From positions 96,001 through 160,000 of the IMG/VR virus record IMGVR_UViG_3300048074_000120: a stretch of 64,000 nucleotides of DNA; one strand, 5' to 3'. The notes beneath the pieces are model-generated. The model searched no databases. It was not told the origin of the DNA and saw only the letters and a list, made by a program, of their open reading frames with translations. Positions 36,592 to 45,139 of the stretch are shown piece by piece. How positions within the stretch are numbered: the stretch's first letter is position 1; each line of letters opens with the position of its first letter. The DNA comes from a virus. The position numbers were made by a program, and so were the translations under genes.

Positions 36592-36774
36592 ATGAAACGA
36601 CCCGGCAAAAAGACACTGGCACAAAAAATGGCAGAGTCCGCTGCAGCCGGAGTGCAGGTGCAGCCCAAAGACAAGTCCAACTACAAACCGGCACCTCGCC
36701 CCGAGCCGCCCCCTCCTGAGGTTTTCGAAAACAAGCCCTTTGCCAAAATGCTAGTACCCGGTGGTAAGCCATGA
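36592..36774 (+). CDS. Small basic Pro-rich protein
   Basis: Coupled ORF. Confidence 0.55.
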   Translation: MKRPGKKTLAQKMAESAAAGVQVQPKDKSNYKPAPRPEPPPPEVFENKPFAKMLVPGGKP

Positions 36775-37037
36775 TCGCAAGAAGCCCAGTTACTAAGATG
36801 AAGCAGCTGCCCCTGCCCTTCGATACCAAGTTCGTTCCAGGATGGAAGGGAAACAGATACCTGCTGTGCGATGACAACCAATGGCACCTAGTGTTGGAGA
36901 TTAGAGAGGGGGGCGTCGCAGACACCCAATGCTGCGAAGACGTACGACTGAGCGAGCACCCTACGTCGGGCGCGAAGGGCCTTCCTATGTGTGAGACATG
37001 CGTGAACCTTCAGTTTCCGAAGAAGGCCGCCAAATGA
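36771..37037 (+). CDS. Small Zn-finger-like protein
   Basis: CC and CETC motifs; coupled. Confidence 0.6.
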   Translation: MIARSPVTKMKQLPLPFDTKFVPGWKGNRYLLCDDNQWHLVLEIREGGVADTQCCEDVRLSEHPTSGAKGLPMCETCVNLQFPKKAAK

Positions 37038-37654
37038 GCTTCTCTCTCACCAGCAAACCGCACTACCTGTCCATTGACATCGACTACTGGACAGACTCCG
37101 AATTCGGCAAGTTCATTTGGGAATTCGGAAGGTTTCTGCTTGAGAGGCCCAAGGACATCCCCATCACTGCGGTGATGAACCATCAGCAGCTGCTCTGGAA
37201 CGTAAACCGCACAAACGTGCAACGTCTAGTGAATATCGATTTCCACTCGGACCTAGTAAGCAGTGATGTGCAAGAGCTGCATTGTGGTTCCTGGGTCTCC
37301 TACGTGCACTGGCGACGCTGGGGCGAATACATCTGGGTTCGCCCGAAGAAAGACCCGAGCATGGGGTCGTGCAATGGCGAGAACAAGTGGTCTGAAGGCA
37401 CTGATTGGAAAAAGACCACCGAAGTCATTCGCGATCCCAACTACATGCACCTGCGCACGCTTTATCGAAACTGCAAAGGCATCGGCGTCTGCATGAGCCC
37501 GGCCTTCGTCAATCAAGCCATGCGCGCCGCTTTCCTCATGCTCATTGCAGAGAATGGAATCCCCTACCGAGAGGGAGATCCTACAGAACACATCTCTGTG
37601 CCGCGCCGCCCGCCTGGCGCAACAAGAAGAAAGTTCAAGCTCGCCAGTGGCTAA
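37034..37654 (+). CDS. UPF0489/arginase-deacetylase-fold-like protein (tentative)
   Basis: YLSIDIDYW, NHQQLL, LVNIDFHSDL, GSWV, VCMSPAF. Confidence 0.55.
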   Translation: MSFSLTSKPHYLSIDIDYWTDSEFGKFIWEFGRFLLERPKDIPITAVMNHQQLLWNVNRTNVQRLVNIDFHSDLVSSDVQELHCGSWVSYVHWRRWGEYIWVRPKKDPSMGSCNGENKWSEGTDWKKTTEVIRDPNYMHLRTLYRNCKGIGVCMSPAFVNQAMRAAFLMLIAENGIPYREGDPTEHISVPRRPPGATRRKFKLASG

Positions 37655-37655
37655 G

Positions 37656-38135
37656 ATGAAAGACCCAACAGTCGTTAGGTTTTGGGCCAAGGTCAACAAA
37701 CTTGGCCCAGTACATCCAACTCTCAAAACCAGGTGCTGGCTATGGACAGCATCCAAAGATAAAGATGGCTATGGATTTTTCAAATTTGAAGGGAAGCAGC
37801 ACAAGGCGCATAGGGTAGCTTTCAAGCTACGTCACGAGAAATGGCCGAGCCCCAATGCCTTACATAAATGTGATACCCCGAGATGTGTTAGGTGGTCACA
37901 TCTTCAGGAGGGAACCGTACTAGACAACAACGCTGATCGTACAGCAAAGGGAAGAGGGGCAGTTGGCGTGAGGAACGGTGGTGGAGCAAAACTCACGGAC
38001 GCTAGCGTTCGGGAAATTAGGCGACTACACGCCGATGAGGGCTGGTCTTACCGACTGCTCGCGGAACGCTTCGAAGTTCACAAATCCAGAATCGCCAGGG
38101 TAATAACTGGACAAAATTGGAAACACGTAACTTAG
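37656..38135 (+). CDS. HNH homing endonuclease with C-terminal HTH (paralog B)
   Basis: RFWAKVNKLGPVHPTLKTRCWLW..AHRVAF..LHKCDTPRCVRWSHLQEGT..DN. Confidence 0.9.
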   Translation: MKDPTVVRFWAKVNKLGPVHPTLKTRCWLWTASKDKDGYGFFKFEGKQHKAHRVAFKLRHEKWPSPNALHKCDTPRCVRWSHLQEGTVLDNNADRTAKGRGAVGVRNGGGAKLTDASVREIRRLHADEGWSYRLLAERFEVHKSRIARVITGQNWKHVT

Positions 38136-38416
38136 ATACCGCCGCCAAGGTTGGGCATACGCGCGGCTTTGGCGGCCATCCTCTTCTCTTTGATGGCTTT
38201 GACAATATCCCCACTGGCTCCAAGGCCATAGCCGGCGGCAGCCCCTGCCAAAGGATCTACGCCAACCATCTTTGCGACCCCGGCTCCGCCTACAGCGCCC
38301 AGTGCCGGGCCAAGCTCATGCTTCGCGCCCTCCCAGAAGTTTCCCAGAGCCCCTGAGGCACTGAGTTTCTGGAGCTCTTCACGCATGAAACCTGCCGCGT
38401 TTTCCATAGGAGTCAA
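38132..38416 (-). CDS. Glycine-zipper small protein
   Basis: GAVGGAG..AGAAAGYGLG; minus-strand island. Confidence 0.65.
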   Translation of the reverse strand: MTPMENAAGFMREELQKLSASGALGNFWEGAKHELGPALGAVGGAGVAKMVGVDPLAGAAAGYGLGASGDIVKAIKEKRMAAKAARMPNLGGGI

Positions 38417-38448
38417 TCCTACACCACAGCCAAGAAGAAAGGAATTAC

Positions 38449-38931
38449 ATGCTACCAGCCACAGAGACTACTCAAACCAACCTAAGACCCGTTTCCCGCG
38501 TGCACATGCAGGTGGGAAGCTATTACACAGCGGCCGACAGCAGCGTCTGGTGCTGCTTTCAGTACAACAACGGGGCGTATCACTGCATACGCACGCCGGA
38601 CAACGTTGTGGCGCGCTTCGAGGCAGACGGCCGCCTTGAGAACGATGATGGAAGCGCCGAAAGCACACTGCTTGAGCCCTGTCCCATACCCGGGCAAAAG
38701 CCCCTCACCATCTTGAGCAGGCTTGATTCAATCCTTCGTCAAGTGGATGAAATCATGACGATGTGCGAAGGACAGGCCTCGCAGCTAGCTACACTGTCGC
38801 GTAGAATCAATCATCTACGAGGCGTACTTGGCAAGATAGCCAACGGGAAAGTGGCGGGGAATGACGCCGTAACATCCGCGCAAGATGCCCTGCTCTGGCT
38901 TGCTGACAAAGAATCTAATCCATTCGACTAA
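38449..38931 (+). CDS. Hypothetical protein
   Basis: SD AAAGGA; divergent from 38416. Confidence 0.7.
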   Translation: MLPATETTQTNLRPVSRVHMQVGSYYTAADSSVWCCFQYNNGAYHCIRTPDNVVARFEADGRLENDDGSAESTLLEPCPIPGQKPLTILSRLDSILRQVDEIMTMCEGQASQLATLSRRINHLRGVLGKIANGKVAGNDAVTSAQDALLWLADKESNPFD

Positions 38932-38945
38932 CAGGAGGTACCCAT

Positions 38946-39239
38946 ATGAGCCATTGTATCAAGTGCGAAGAGGAAGACAACCTCATCCCGTGCAACGTCT
39001 GCATGGGCTGGCTATGTAGGAAGCATCGCGTGGGTACCGGTAGCGTTCGTGACGGCTATACCTGCATTGAGCACATGCTCGGGCCAACCCCTACCAAGCT
39101 CGCCCGCCCTAAGAACAAGTACGAAGCACTTGCAGATCTCATCGTCCTTGCCATCTTCGTCATCGCTGCTCTAGTGATCTACGGGGCTTTTGAATTCTGC
39201 AGAACCCTGTGGCCACTAATCGAGGTTACCCATCATTAG
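38946..39239 (+). CDS. Zn-finger membrane protein
   Basis: CIKC..CNVC..C..H and a C-terminal TM segment; SD AGGAGG. Confidence 0.7.
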   Translation: MSHCIKCEEEDNLIPCNVCMGWLCRKHRVGTGSVRDGYTCIEHMLGPTPTKLARPKNKYEALADLIVLAIFVIAALVIYGAFEFCRTLWPLIEVTHH

Positions 39240-39241
39240 CC

Positions 39242-39496
39242 ATGGTCGAACGCTACAAACGACAGTGCTCCTGTGGCCAAACCACAGGGCTATTTCAGTG
39301 CGAACGCTGCCGCCAATGGACTTGCGGCAGGCATGGCATCGCAATCAAAGCTGCAGAGCCAATCCGCATGCACTCAGCCCCACCGAAAATGGACAAGGCT
39401 GTATTCATCTCAGCAGTGGTCATGGGCATGTGCCTTGGCGTCATCGTCATGCTTTTGATACAAGCAGGAATCATTATTCACCATGCCCACCAATGA
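39242..39496 (+). CDS. Zn-finger membrane protein with the same architecture as the upstream gene
   Basis: CSCG..CERC..CGRH and a TM segment. Confidence 0.6.
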   Translation: MVERYKRQCSCGQTTGLFQCERCRQWTCGRHGIAIKAAEPIRMHSAPPKMDKAVFISAVVMGMCLGVIVMLLIQAGIIIHHAHQ

Positions 39497-39857
39497 GCTC
39501 CGCTTCGATTGCTGCCGGTGTCTGCGACGAAAGAGCGGAAAGCAAGCCAAGGTAAAAATCACTGGCGTGGGCGGCGTCATCCGCATCGAGTGCGATACGT
39601 GCCACGAGTCCGTACGCCAGAAGATCCTGCGCTACGTGCAGAGCGGGCGCTGGAGACTCGAGACAACCATCATCCGCTACATATGCAAGTACGAAGGTAC
39701 CTGGGATGAATCGCGCGTAATTGATGAGCTCTTTCGCCTGGTGCAGGAGAAGAAGATCGAATGGTTTGGGGCGGAAGACTCATTGTCCAAGCCCCTCAAG
39801 TACCGTTACTTGAAAGGCATCTACACAAATGATAACGCAGTCAACCTCGCGAGCTAA
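39483..39857 (+). CDS. Zn-ribbon hypothetical protein
   Basis: CCRC and CDTC. Confidence 0.6.
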   Translation: MPTNELRFDCCRCLRRKSGKQAKVKITGVGGVIRIECDTCHESVRQKILRYVQSGRWRLETTIIRYICKYEGTWDESRVIDELFRLVQEKKIEWFGAEDSLSKPLKYRYLKGIYTNDNAVNLAS

Positions 39858-39860
39858 CCC

Positions 39861-40094
39861 ATGCCGAGAACGCTAGTTCTACTCGCCACCGCCTGCATCG
39901 ATGACGGAGAGCATTGCTCTTGGTCGTGTCCGTTGTTCTGCAGGGAAGGGGGCGCGCATTGCAAACAGGTGGACCCAGACAAGTTCACTAAGTCTAACCT
40001 TAGAAGGACAGCGCTCATCCTTGATGGCAAGAAAGAGTTGTACTTGCGCACATCACTCTGCAAAACCACGAGCCTGCCCATCCCGGGCTCGTAG
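39861..40094 (+). CDS. Small Cys-containing protein
   Basis: CSWSCP..C; ends RTSLCK; terminator follows. Confidence 0.6.
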   Translation: MPRTLVLLATACIDDGEHCSWSCPLFCREGGAHCKQVDPDKFTKSNLRRTALILDGKKELYLRTSLCKTTSLPIPGS

Positions 40095-40101
40095 TTGACT
40101 G

Positions 40102-40132
40102 GAACGGTGCCTGCGACCGTTTCTTAGCTCCG
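40102..40132 (+). terminator. Intrinsic terminator with TTAGCTCCG tail
   Basis: AACGGT-GCCTGCG-ACCGTT-TCTTAGCTCCG. Confidence 0.6.
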
Positions 40133-40159
40133 CAATCCACCGCAAGAATCGGGGATAAG
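40133..40159 (+). promoter_or_regulatory. Repeated promoter motif, copy 11
   Basis: CAATCCACCGCAAGAAT-CGGGGATAAG, then AAAGGTAGAAGGAG. Confidence 0.75.
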
Positions 40160-40182
40160 AAAGGTAGAAGGAGATGTGTAAC

Positions 40183-40713
40183 ATGAAGCGCAACTACAAG
40201 TTTTTCGTCCTCTGTGCGGTGCTGCTCACTTTGGCCAACTTGAGCTTTAGCGTGTACGCCCGCTCGCTCTCCCTCAAGCCTTCCCTCGTGTGCGAGAACC
40301 TCCAAAAAGCAGGCCTCGTTACCAAGTGCCAAGAAGGAGCCCCTTGGGCCTTCACGGTCACCAGGTACACGGCCCAATGGGAGTTCGAGCCGACCGGTGC
40401 TGAGGTCTTCAAGTGCTACACCGTCACAGACGGCCTTACGCACGTGCCCTGCCTGTTTAGGGGCACCGTGGCTCAGTTTGCCAGCGACGCCGACCTCGAG
40501 GCAGGCCTGGCTCAGATTCGCCAGCAGAACTACCGCAAGCACAGTGTGGCAGATTTGCAGGCAAACGTTACCCGGGCGGACACCACGCTCGAGCAGTACG
40601 ACTTCGAGGTATTGCGTGCAGAGCACCTGCTCGTCATCTTCCCCATCACGGAGAACCTTGGCGACATGCAACGTGCTCTGTTGCAAATGAATGGCAGCTT
40701 CGAAGGGCTGTGA
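40183..40713 (+). CDS. Secreted/periplasmic hypothetical protein
   Basis: N-terminal signal peptide; promoter and SD. Confidence 0.7.
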   Translation: MKRNYKFFVLCAVLLTLANLSFSVYARSLSLKPSLVCENLQKAGLVTKCQEGAPWAFTVTRYTAQWEFEPTGAEVFKCYTVTDGLTHVPCLFRGTVAQFASDADLEAGLAQIRQQNYRKHSVADLQANVTRADTTLEQYDFEVLRAEHLLVIFPITENLGDMQRALLQMNGSFEGL

Positions 40714-40732
40714 CTTGTGCCGAAGGGGCTGC

Positions 40733-41353
40733 CTAGGGCTGCTCTTTCGTAGCGTCGTATCGTCCCAGGTTGGCCATCTTCAGCCTCCTGAGCTCGACGG
40801 CGCGCTCGATGAACATCACGGCCTGCTCCGCCGAGAAGGGCTTGGCAAGGAAGCAGAAGGCCCCTAACTCCCTTGCTTTCATGGTCCCTCCCTCATAGCC
40901 GCTGATCATGATGACCTCAACTGTGGGGTACTCCCTACGTACATATTCGAGGAGCGTATGCCCGTTCTTCGGCATGATCGCATCAGCCATGACCACATCG
41001 ATATCGGGAGTACCCGCCAAAATCTCCATGGCTTGGGTGCTGTTCTCTGCACCAAAAACCGTCATCCCAGAATCCTCGAGGATGCGCACTAGCGCCTTTC
41101 GCACATCCTCGTAATCATCCACCACCAGAACAGTGGCCCCCTTCACGCTCGTGACAACCCGCTTTCGAAGGGGACAGTCTAGTCCGCAGTTCTCACCCTG
41201 GATCAAGCCTTGAACCGTCAGATCATCCCTCAACTTGCCCAAATCCCGTTGCCATTGGTCCCGCAGCACATTGAGCTCTTCAGTCCAAAGTGTCCGGATA
41301 CGGTCTGCGGTCTTGTCGGCTACGGTTTGAGCTAGTTGAAGAAGATCCGTCAC
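40733..41353 (-). CDS. Response-regulator receiver (REC) protein with N-terminal coiled coil
   Basis: VLVVDD, DIDVVMADAIMP (phosphoacceptor D), VIMISGY, AFCFLAKPF. Confidence 0.9.
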   Translation of the reverse strand: MTDLLQLAQTVADKTADRIRTLWTEELNVLRDQWQRDLGKLRDDLTVQGLIQGENCGLDCPLRKRVVTSVKGATVLVVDDYEDVRKALVRILEDSGMTVFGAENSTQAMEILAGTPDIDVVMADAIMPKNGHTLLEYVRREYPTVEVIMISGYEGGTMKARELGAFCFLAKPFSAEQAVMFIERAVELRRLKMANLGRYDATKEQP

Positions 41354-41363
41354 GGCATGTACC

Positions 41364-41399
41364 TCGTATCTAAAATACCAGAGATACGATTTTTAGCCC
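41364..41399 (+). terminator. Hairpin with TTTTTAGCCC tail on the plus strand between two minus-strand genes
   Basis: TCGTATCT-AAAATACCAG-AGATACGA-TTTTTAGCCC. Confidence 0.5.
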
Positions 41400-41400
41400 A

Positions 41401-41877
41401 CTAGACACTGAAGGTGATGCTGCCTCGGAGAATCCTCTTCCACGCCGATCCGATGGCAACATAGACGACGCACTCGTCTGGAACTATCTCTCCATAGTGG
41501 TTCGGTGTGTCGTCATCTATGCTCAAATTCTCGCTACCTTCGTTGAGTACCCAAATGGTGTGGCCCGACCAAAAGGAGTTACGCACGAAGATGAACTTCC
41601 TGCCAGCGGTGGTCGGGGCAAGTGAAACTACATCCTTCACGTGATCGGGGTCGATGGTGTAACTCACATCCCCAAGCTCGAGCACCCTAGACTTACGAGT
41701 AAGCGTATCCCCAGGCACTGGGTCTTCCTGAACGATACATTGATTAACAAGGGTATCCGTTGGGGAACTGATACCAAACTGCATATGCCCCTTGGTGTTC
41801 AATCCGCCATTTGCATTGAGCGCTCCGCCTATAGAAACCCCAGTACCGCAAAGAACTTGACTACGAAAAATTGGCAT
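41401..41877 (-). CDS. Possible virion/fibre-like beta protein
   Basis: Beta-rich; GHTIWVLNEG..IVPDECVVYVAIGSAWK. Confidence 0.55.
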   Translation of the reverse strand: MPIFRSQVLCGTGVSIGGALNANGGLNTKGHMQFGISSPTDTLVNQCIVQEDPVPGDTLTRKSRVLELGDVSYTIDPDHVKDVVSLAPTTAGRKFIFVRNSFWSGHTIWVLNEGSENLSIDDDTPNHYGEIVPDECVVYVAIGSAWKRILRGSITFSV

Positions 41878-41945
41878 CGCGTACTCCTGGCCAATCCTAG
41901 CATGACGCCCCCGTTGATCGGGACCTCTCTAGTCCATCAACTAGG

Positions 41946-41972
41946 CAAATTGCCGGTCATTTCAGGGATAAG
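41946..41972 (+). promoter_or_regulatory. Repeated promoter motif, copy 12
   Basis: CAAATTGCCGGTCATTT-CAGGGATAAG, then AAGGATAGAAGGAGG. Confidence 0.75.
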
Positions 41973-41993
41973 AAGGATAGAAGGAGGACTGCC

Positions 41994-42263
41994 ATGATCG
42001 GAAACATCACGCCGTCAGAACTGAGGTCAATCAACGTCCTCATGTACTTGCAAAGGATCGCTGGCATCGATGTGAGTTTTGAAGAAGCTATTGAAGGCTG
42101 GAGAGCCCTCAGCGCTGCAGCTCAGGAGCAAATCATCACCGCAGTCGAGACAGCAAAGTTCATCAAGACCAGTTACCAAATGGGGAGGCAGCATGGAAAC
42201 AAGACAAGCCAGACTTTACAAGGAACAACTACGGGAGAGCGCCACAGTACAGACCCTAATTGA
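41994..42263 (+). CDS. Hypothetical protein
   Basis: Promoter copy 12 and SD. Confidence 0.7.
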   Translation: MIGNITPSELRSINVLMYLQRIAGIDVSFEEAIEGWRALSAAAQEQIITAVETAKFIKTSYQMGRQHGNKTSQTLQGTTTGERHSTDPN

Positions 42264-42465
42264 GTCTGAACGCGGCACCGCCTCGGCGTCCTTTGGAAAT
42301 GGGCTCGCAGGAGTGACCATCGTGGACAACCATCTACGAAGGAGCCATGCTTTACTAACCATCGAGGGCATCGACAAGCTCATCGAGGAGCTAAAAATTG
42401 CGCGAGCTCATCTCGAGTTCGAAGCACAATTGGCAATGCTGCCTCGATACAAGACGGTCGGGTGA
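42193..42465 (+). CDS. Hypothetical protein
   Basis: SD GGAGG before ATG 42193; terminator follows. Confidence 0.6.
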   Translation: METRQARLYKEQLRESATVQTLIESERGTASASFGNGLAGVTIVDNHLRRSHALLTIEGIDKLIEELKIARAHLEFEAQLAMLPRYKTVG

Positions 42466-42472
42466 GAACAGG

Positions 42473-42513
42473 AAAGGCGCATCCCCTAGGGAACACGCCT
42501 TTTCTTAGCCCCG
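42473..42513 (+). terminator. Intrinsic terminator with TTAGCCCCG tail
   Basis: AAAGGCG..CGCCTTTT-CTTAGCCCCG. Confidence 0.7.
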
Positions 42514-42621
42514 CTTTCGCACCTCCCAGCCGGTAATTGCCACAAAGAAGAGAATGGCCACAGAGAGACAGGTCAACAGCTCTTTCACGATCCTGAGGAT
42601 AGTGTCAACTACCACAATCAT
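42505..42621 (-). CDS. 38-aa membrane peptide (absent from ORF track)
   Basis: MIVVVDTILRIVKELLTCLSVAILFFVAITGWEVRKRG; ATG overlaps upstream stop. Confidence 0.5.
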   Translation of the reverse strand: MIVVVDTILRIVKELLTCLSVAILFFVAITGWEVRKRG

Positions 42622-42842
42622 TCGAGCTTCTCCTCGGACCAAGCTTTTAGTAGCACCTCTTTTGCCAGCTCCACCGGCGCCGCCAGTTCTATGTAACTGT
42701 GGCTGAGATCGTGGGCAGACGCTGCGGCCATACTGGCTACTTTTTCCTGTGAGGTGGGTAACTCCTCCAGGAGTTCGAGCGCCTTGCGCAAGGCTATGGT
42801 GAGCCCCCTAGAGAGTCGGAGTCTTTGAGGCAGTCTTCGCAA
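42618..42842 (-). CDS. Hypothetical protein, start uncertain
   Basis: Helical C-terminal 60 aa. Confidence 0.4.
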   Translation of the reverse strand: MRRLPQRLRLSRGLTIALRKALELLEELPTSQEKVASMAAASAHDLSHSYIELAAPVELAKEVLLKAWSEEKLE

Positions 42843-42897
42843 CTATGGTGAATATCGACTTCATCCTCGCCGCGCAAGCAGTTATCGCAGCGGCAGC

Positions 42898-43128
42898 TCA
42901 CCGCGGCCTTGCTTTCTGCTGACGAGGAACGTTGTGCACGTTTTGGTCGCTCTGAGTAACGAAGACATCTTCTTCGCACATCTTTCGTAGCCTAGCAGCC
43001 ACCCCTTGTAGCCATTCCCCGGTCTTGTTGGCGGTCACATCCCGGATAATCATGAGTCCCTTGCCCCGCCGTTCAAGGAGGTTGGCGCAGGACTCAACGT
43101 CCTTTTTTGCCTCTTCCTCGTAACTCAT
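42898..43128 (-). CDS. Hypothetical protein
   Basis: ATG 43128 coupled to upstream stop. Confidence 0.6.
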   Translation of the reverse strand: MSYEEEAKKDVESCANLLERRGKGLMIIRDVTANKTGEWLQGVAARLRKMCEEDVFVTQSDQNVHNVPRQQKARPR

Positions 43129-43439
43129 AGCGGCACCCTGTGCGCGGTTACACTCAGAAGTCTCTGATCGAAACGCTCGAATAGCATGCACCGAATAGTG
43201 TGCTCCATCGTCGCATCGTCCATCGGGTTACCCTGCATGCGCCGGTCGAGTTCATCGAAGATTTCTTCCACGGTCATGCCGCACTTGTCCAATGCTTCGT
43301 ACATGTCATCGTCGGTGGCGTACGGGGGAAGTCTGTCCTGTACAGCGAGTTCGGTGAGTTGAATCACTTCCCTTCGATGAAACGGTAGCCACGTCCCCTG
43401 CCAGTCGTGTAGTACTTGATTTCTTTCTGCCATCTCCAT
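43125..43439 (-). CDS. Acidic hypothetical protein
   Basis: Coupled ORF. Confidence 0.6.
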   Translation of the reverse strand: MEMAERNQVLHDWQGTWLPFHRREVIQLTELAVQDRLPPYATDDDMYEALDKCGMTVEEIFDELDRRMQGNPMDDATMEHTIRCMLFERFDQRLLSVTAHRVPL

Positions 43440-43641
43440 TCACTCGCTTTCCACAGAACGGGCAACAGTTGAGCTCGATAAAACTGCCAGGCTCCTTTCG
43501 ACTGCTGTGCATCCTGGCTATGAGCTTTGTGGTAAACCTGCCCGTTTTGAATACCAACAACTGCTCGCGCATGATGCCAAGACGATCAGAAGGTCGAACA
43601 CGGGAAAGGACAAGATCCATCCCCGGACAACACTCTTTCAT
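43306..43641 (-). CDS. Zn-ribbon hypothetical protein
   Basis: ECC..CCPFCGK; SD AGGAAGG. Confidence 0.55.
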   Translation of the reverse strand: MKECCPGMDLVLSRVRPSDRLGIMREQLLVFKTGRFTTKLIARMHSSRKEPGSFIELNCCPFCGKRVNGDGRKKSSTTRLAGDVATVSSKGSDSTHRTRCTGQTSPVRHRR

Positions 43642-43963
43642 GAATGCTCCTTCCTAGGTTGATGCCCTCAGTGAGTAGCCTATCTCGGTATTCGTTGTAG
43701 TCCTCACCGGTTTCCGGGTGATGCCAATCTTCCCAACCTGGAATGCCGCTACCGACTACATCCTCCGAGTAGACCACAAGGTAGCTTGCATTGCAGTAAT
43801 CTGGCTTGATGCTGTGCCTGAGTTGAAACAAGTCGTAGTCCGATAGAATCTCAATCAAGCGTATGCCTTCTTCCACCGAACTGACATCGGTGGCGAAGAA
43901 CTCCATGGGGACCCGAGGTATGTGGTGCACCTGCAAGTCCCCTTTCTTGTACTGCTTATCCAT
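43586..43963 (-). CDS. P22 gp17-like protein (superinfection-exclusion gp17 family)
   Basis: HIPRVPMEFF..VSSVEEGIRLIEILSDYDLFQ...IKPDYCNA matches the remembered P22 gp17 pattern WHIPQVPMKPF..VEEG..L..YD.FQ...IKPDYCNA. Confidence 0.75.
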   Translation of the reverse strand: MDKQYKKGDLQVHHIPRVPMEFFATDVSSVEEGIRLIEILSDYDLFQLRHSIKPDYCNASYLVVYSEDVVGSGIPGWEDWHHPETGEDYNEYRDRLLTEGINLGRSIHERVLSGDGSCPFPCSTF

Positions 43964-43972
43964 GCGGTTCCC

Positions 43973-44395
43973 TCACTGACACAGGCTTTTCTTCGCCTGC
44001 CCCCCTGTAGCATCTGGCAGCCAGCCCTTGTCGATGGCGATGTACTTTCGCACACCATCCATCCACCAAACGTGCCAAATGCTAGCGTCTGTTAGCAGTT
44101 TATCTTGAATGCTGTCCCAAGACTCATCATCCCAGAGGCTGCGGATCGCTTCGATGCTCTCTGGTTTCCCGTTCCTAAGCGTTCTTGAAATCCAGTCAAT
44201 GAGCAAGTTGGTGTAGTAGTTGACCTCTTCAGCGGTCACCTCGTCATTGCTTAGGTGCGCGTACGTCACCAGCAAGTTGAGCACTTTTTGAGTGATTACC
44301 GCGGGGCTTAGTCTTCCCTGCTCTGCCGTCACGAACAGCCGATGTATTTCCTCCCGGAGTCCCGGGTCGTCCGTATTCACTGATACTGATGGCAT
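43973..44395 (-). CDS. Hypothetical protein
   Basis: SD AAAGGA. Confidence 0.65.
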   Translation of the reverse strand: MPSVSVNTDDPGLREEIHRLFVTAEQGRLSPAVITQKVLNLLVTYAHLSNDEVTAEEVNYYTNLLIDWISRTLRNGKPESIEAIRSLWDDESWDSIQDKLLTDASIWHVWWMDGVRKYIAIDKGWLPDATGGQAKKSLCQ

Positions 44396-44645
44396 TGGCT
44401 ATCCTTTCTTGCTCCGCCCGAGCAAATGCACGAATGAAAGTGCGGGCCTCTCGAATTGTCTCAAAGCCCTTACTACGTCTCTTATACCGCTTCCAATACA
44501 CAAATGTGGGGCTCAACGAGTTGACGTACCACCACTGGATACCGATCCTGCCGTCGTCATAAATGACGGGCTGCAGGTCTAGCGTGTTTCTTCCGTCTGG
44601 GATTACTTCCGGTTTTCCCGCTTTTCTATACCCTTGTTTGCTCAT
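44244..44645 (-). CDS. Hypothetical protein (3' end overlaps next gene)
   Basis: Aromatic and basic N-terminal 85 aa. Confidence 0.5.
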   Translation of the reverse strand: MSKQGYRKAGKPEVIPDGRNTLDLQPVIYDDGRIGIQWWYVNSLSPTFVYWKRYKRRSKGFETIREARTFIRAFARAEQERIANAISISEYGRPGTPGGNTSAVRDGRAGKTKPRGNHSKSAQLAGDVRAPKQ

Positions 44646-44973
44646 CGTAGTACTCCGGTCCGAGTATGACTTTCCAACGTTTGAGGAGGGTCTCGCCTGG
44701 GAGAAGAACCCTGTATTGCTTGAAGCTCTGGTCCACTAGGTAGAGCTTGTTACGCATCAGGTACTTCATCACGCGGGCGGCCATGAGCTTGGTTTGAAGT
44801 TCTGTCAGAAAGCCGTGGATACACAGAAATTCCGTTACATCAACAACACGCTGTGCGATATCTCGGCGCAGCTTAAGTTCAAGATTTCTCGGGCTTTTCT
44901 TTACCCTTAGCTTTTTCGCTACCGCTTTCGCTTTTTGGGGCGAGTAGTGCTTCTCACTTCTTTTCTTCCTCAT
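44626..44973 (-). CDS. Basic hypothetical protein
   Basis: Co-oriented, Lys/Arg-rich. Confidence 0.55.
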   Translation of the reverse strand: MRKKRSEKHYSPQKAKAVAKKLRVKKSPRNLELKLRRDIAQRVVDVTEFLCIHGFLTELQTKLMAARVMKYLMRNKLYLVDQSFKQYRVLLPGETLLKRWKVILGPEYYDEQTRV

Positions 44974-45139
44974 CGTTGTACTCCTTGATCATGCTTTTGA
45001 AGTTCTTGTGGTCCCTACGGGCTTTGCTGAGAAAACGCACCAGAGCCCAAATACCTATGGCCCCGAACAGGGCTACCCACAGCAGAAAGCTGATAAGGCT
45101 CTCTTGCATGCGGTAGCCCATGTAATCGGTGAAGGTCAT
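44954..45139 (-). CDS. Small single-TM protein
   Basis: LISFLLWVALFGAIGIWALV. Confidence 0.6.
   Translation of the reverse strand: MTFTDYMGYRMQESLISFLLWVALFGAIGIWALVRFLSKARRDHKNFKSMIKEYNDEEEKK

Noticed and set aside
38414-38440. CAA-N14-CAAGAAGAAA before gene 38449 as a promoter copy
   Set aside because: Spacing fits, but the GATAAG core is missing
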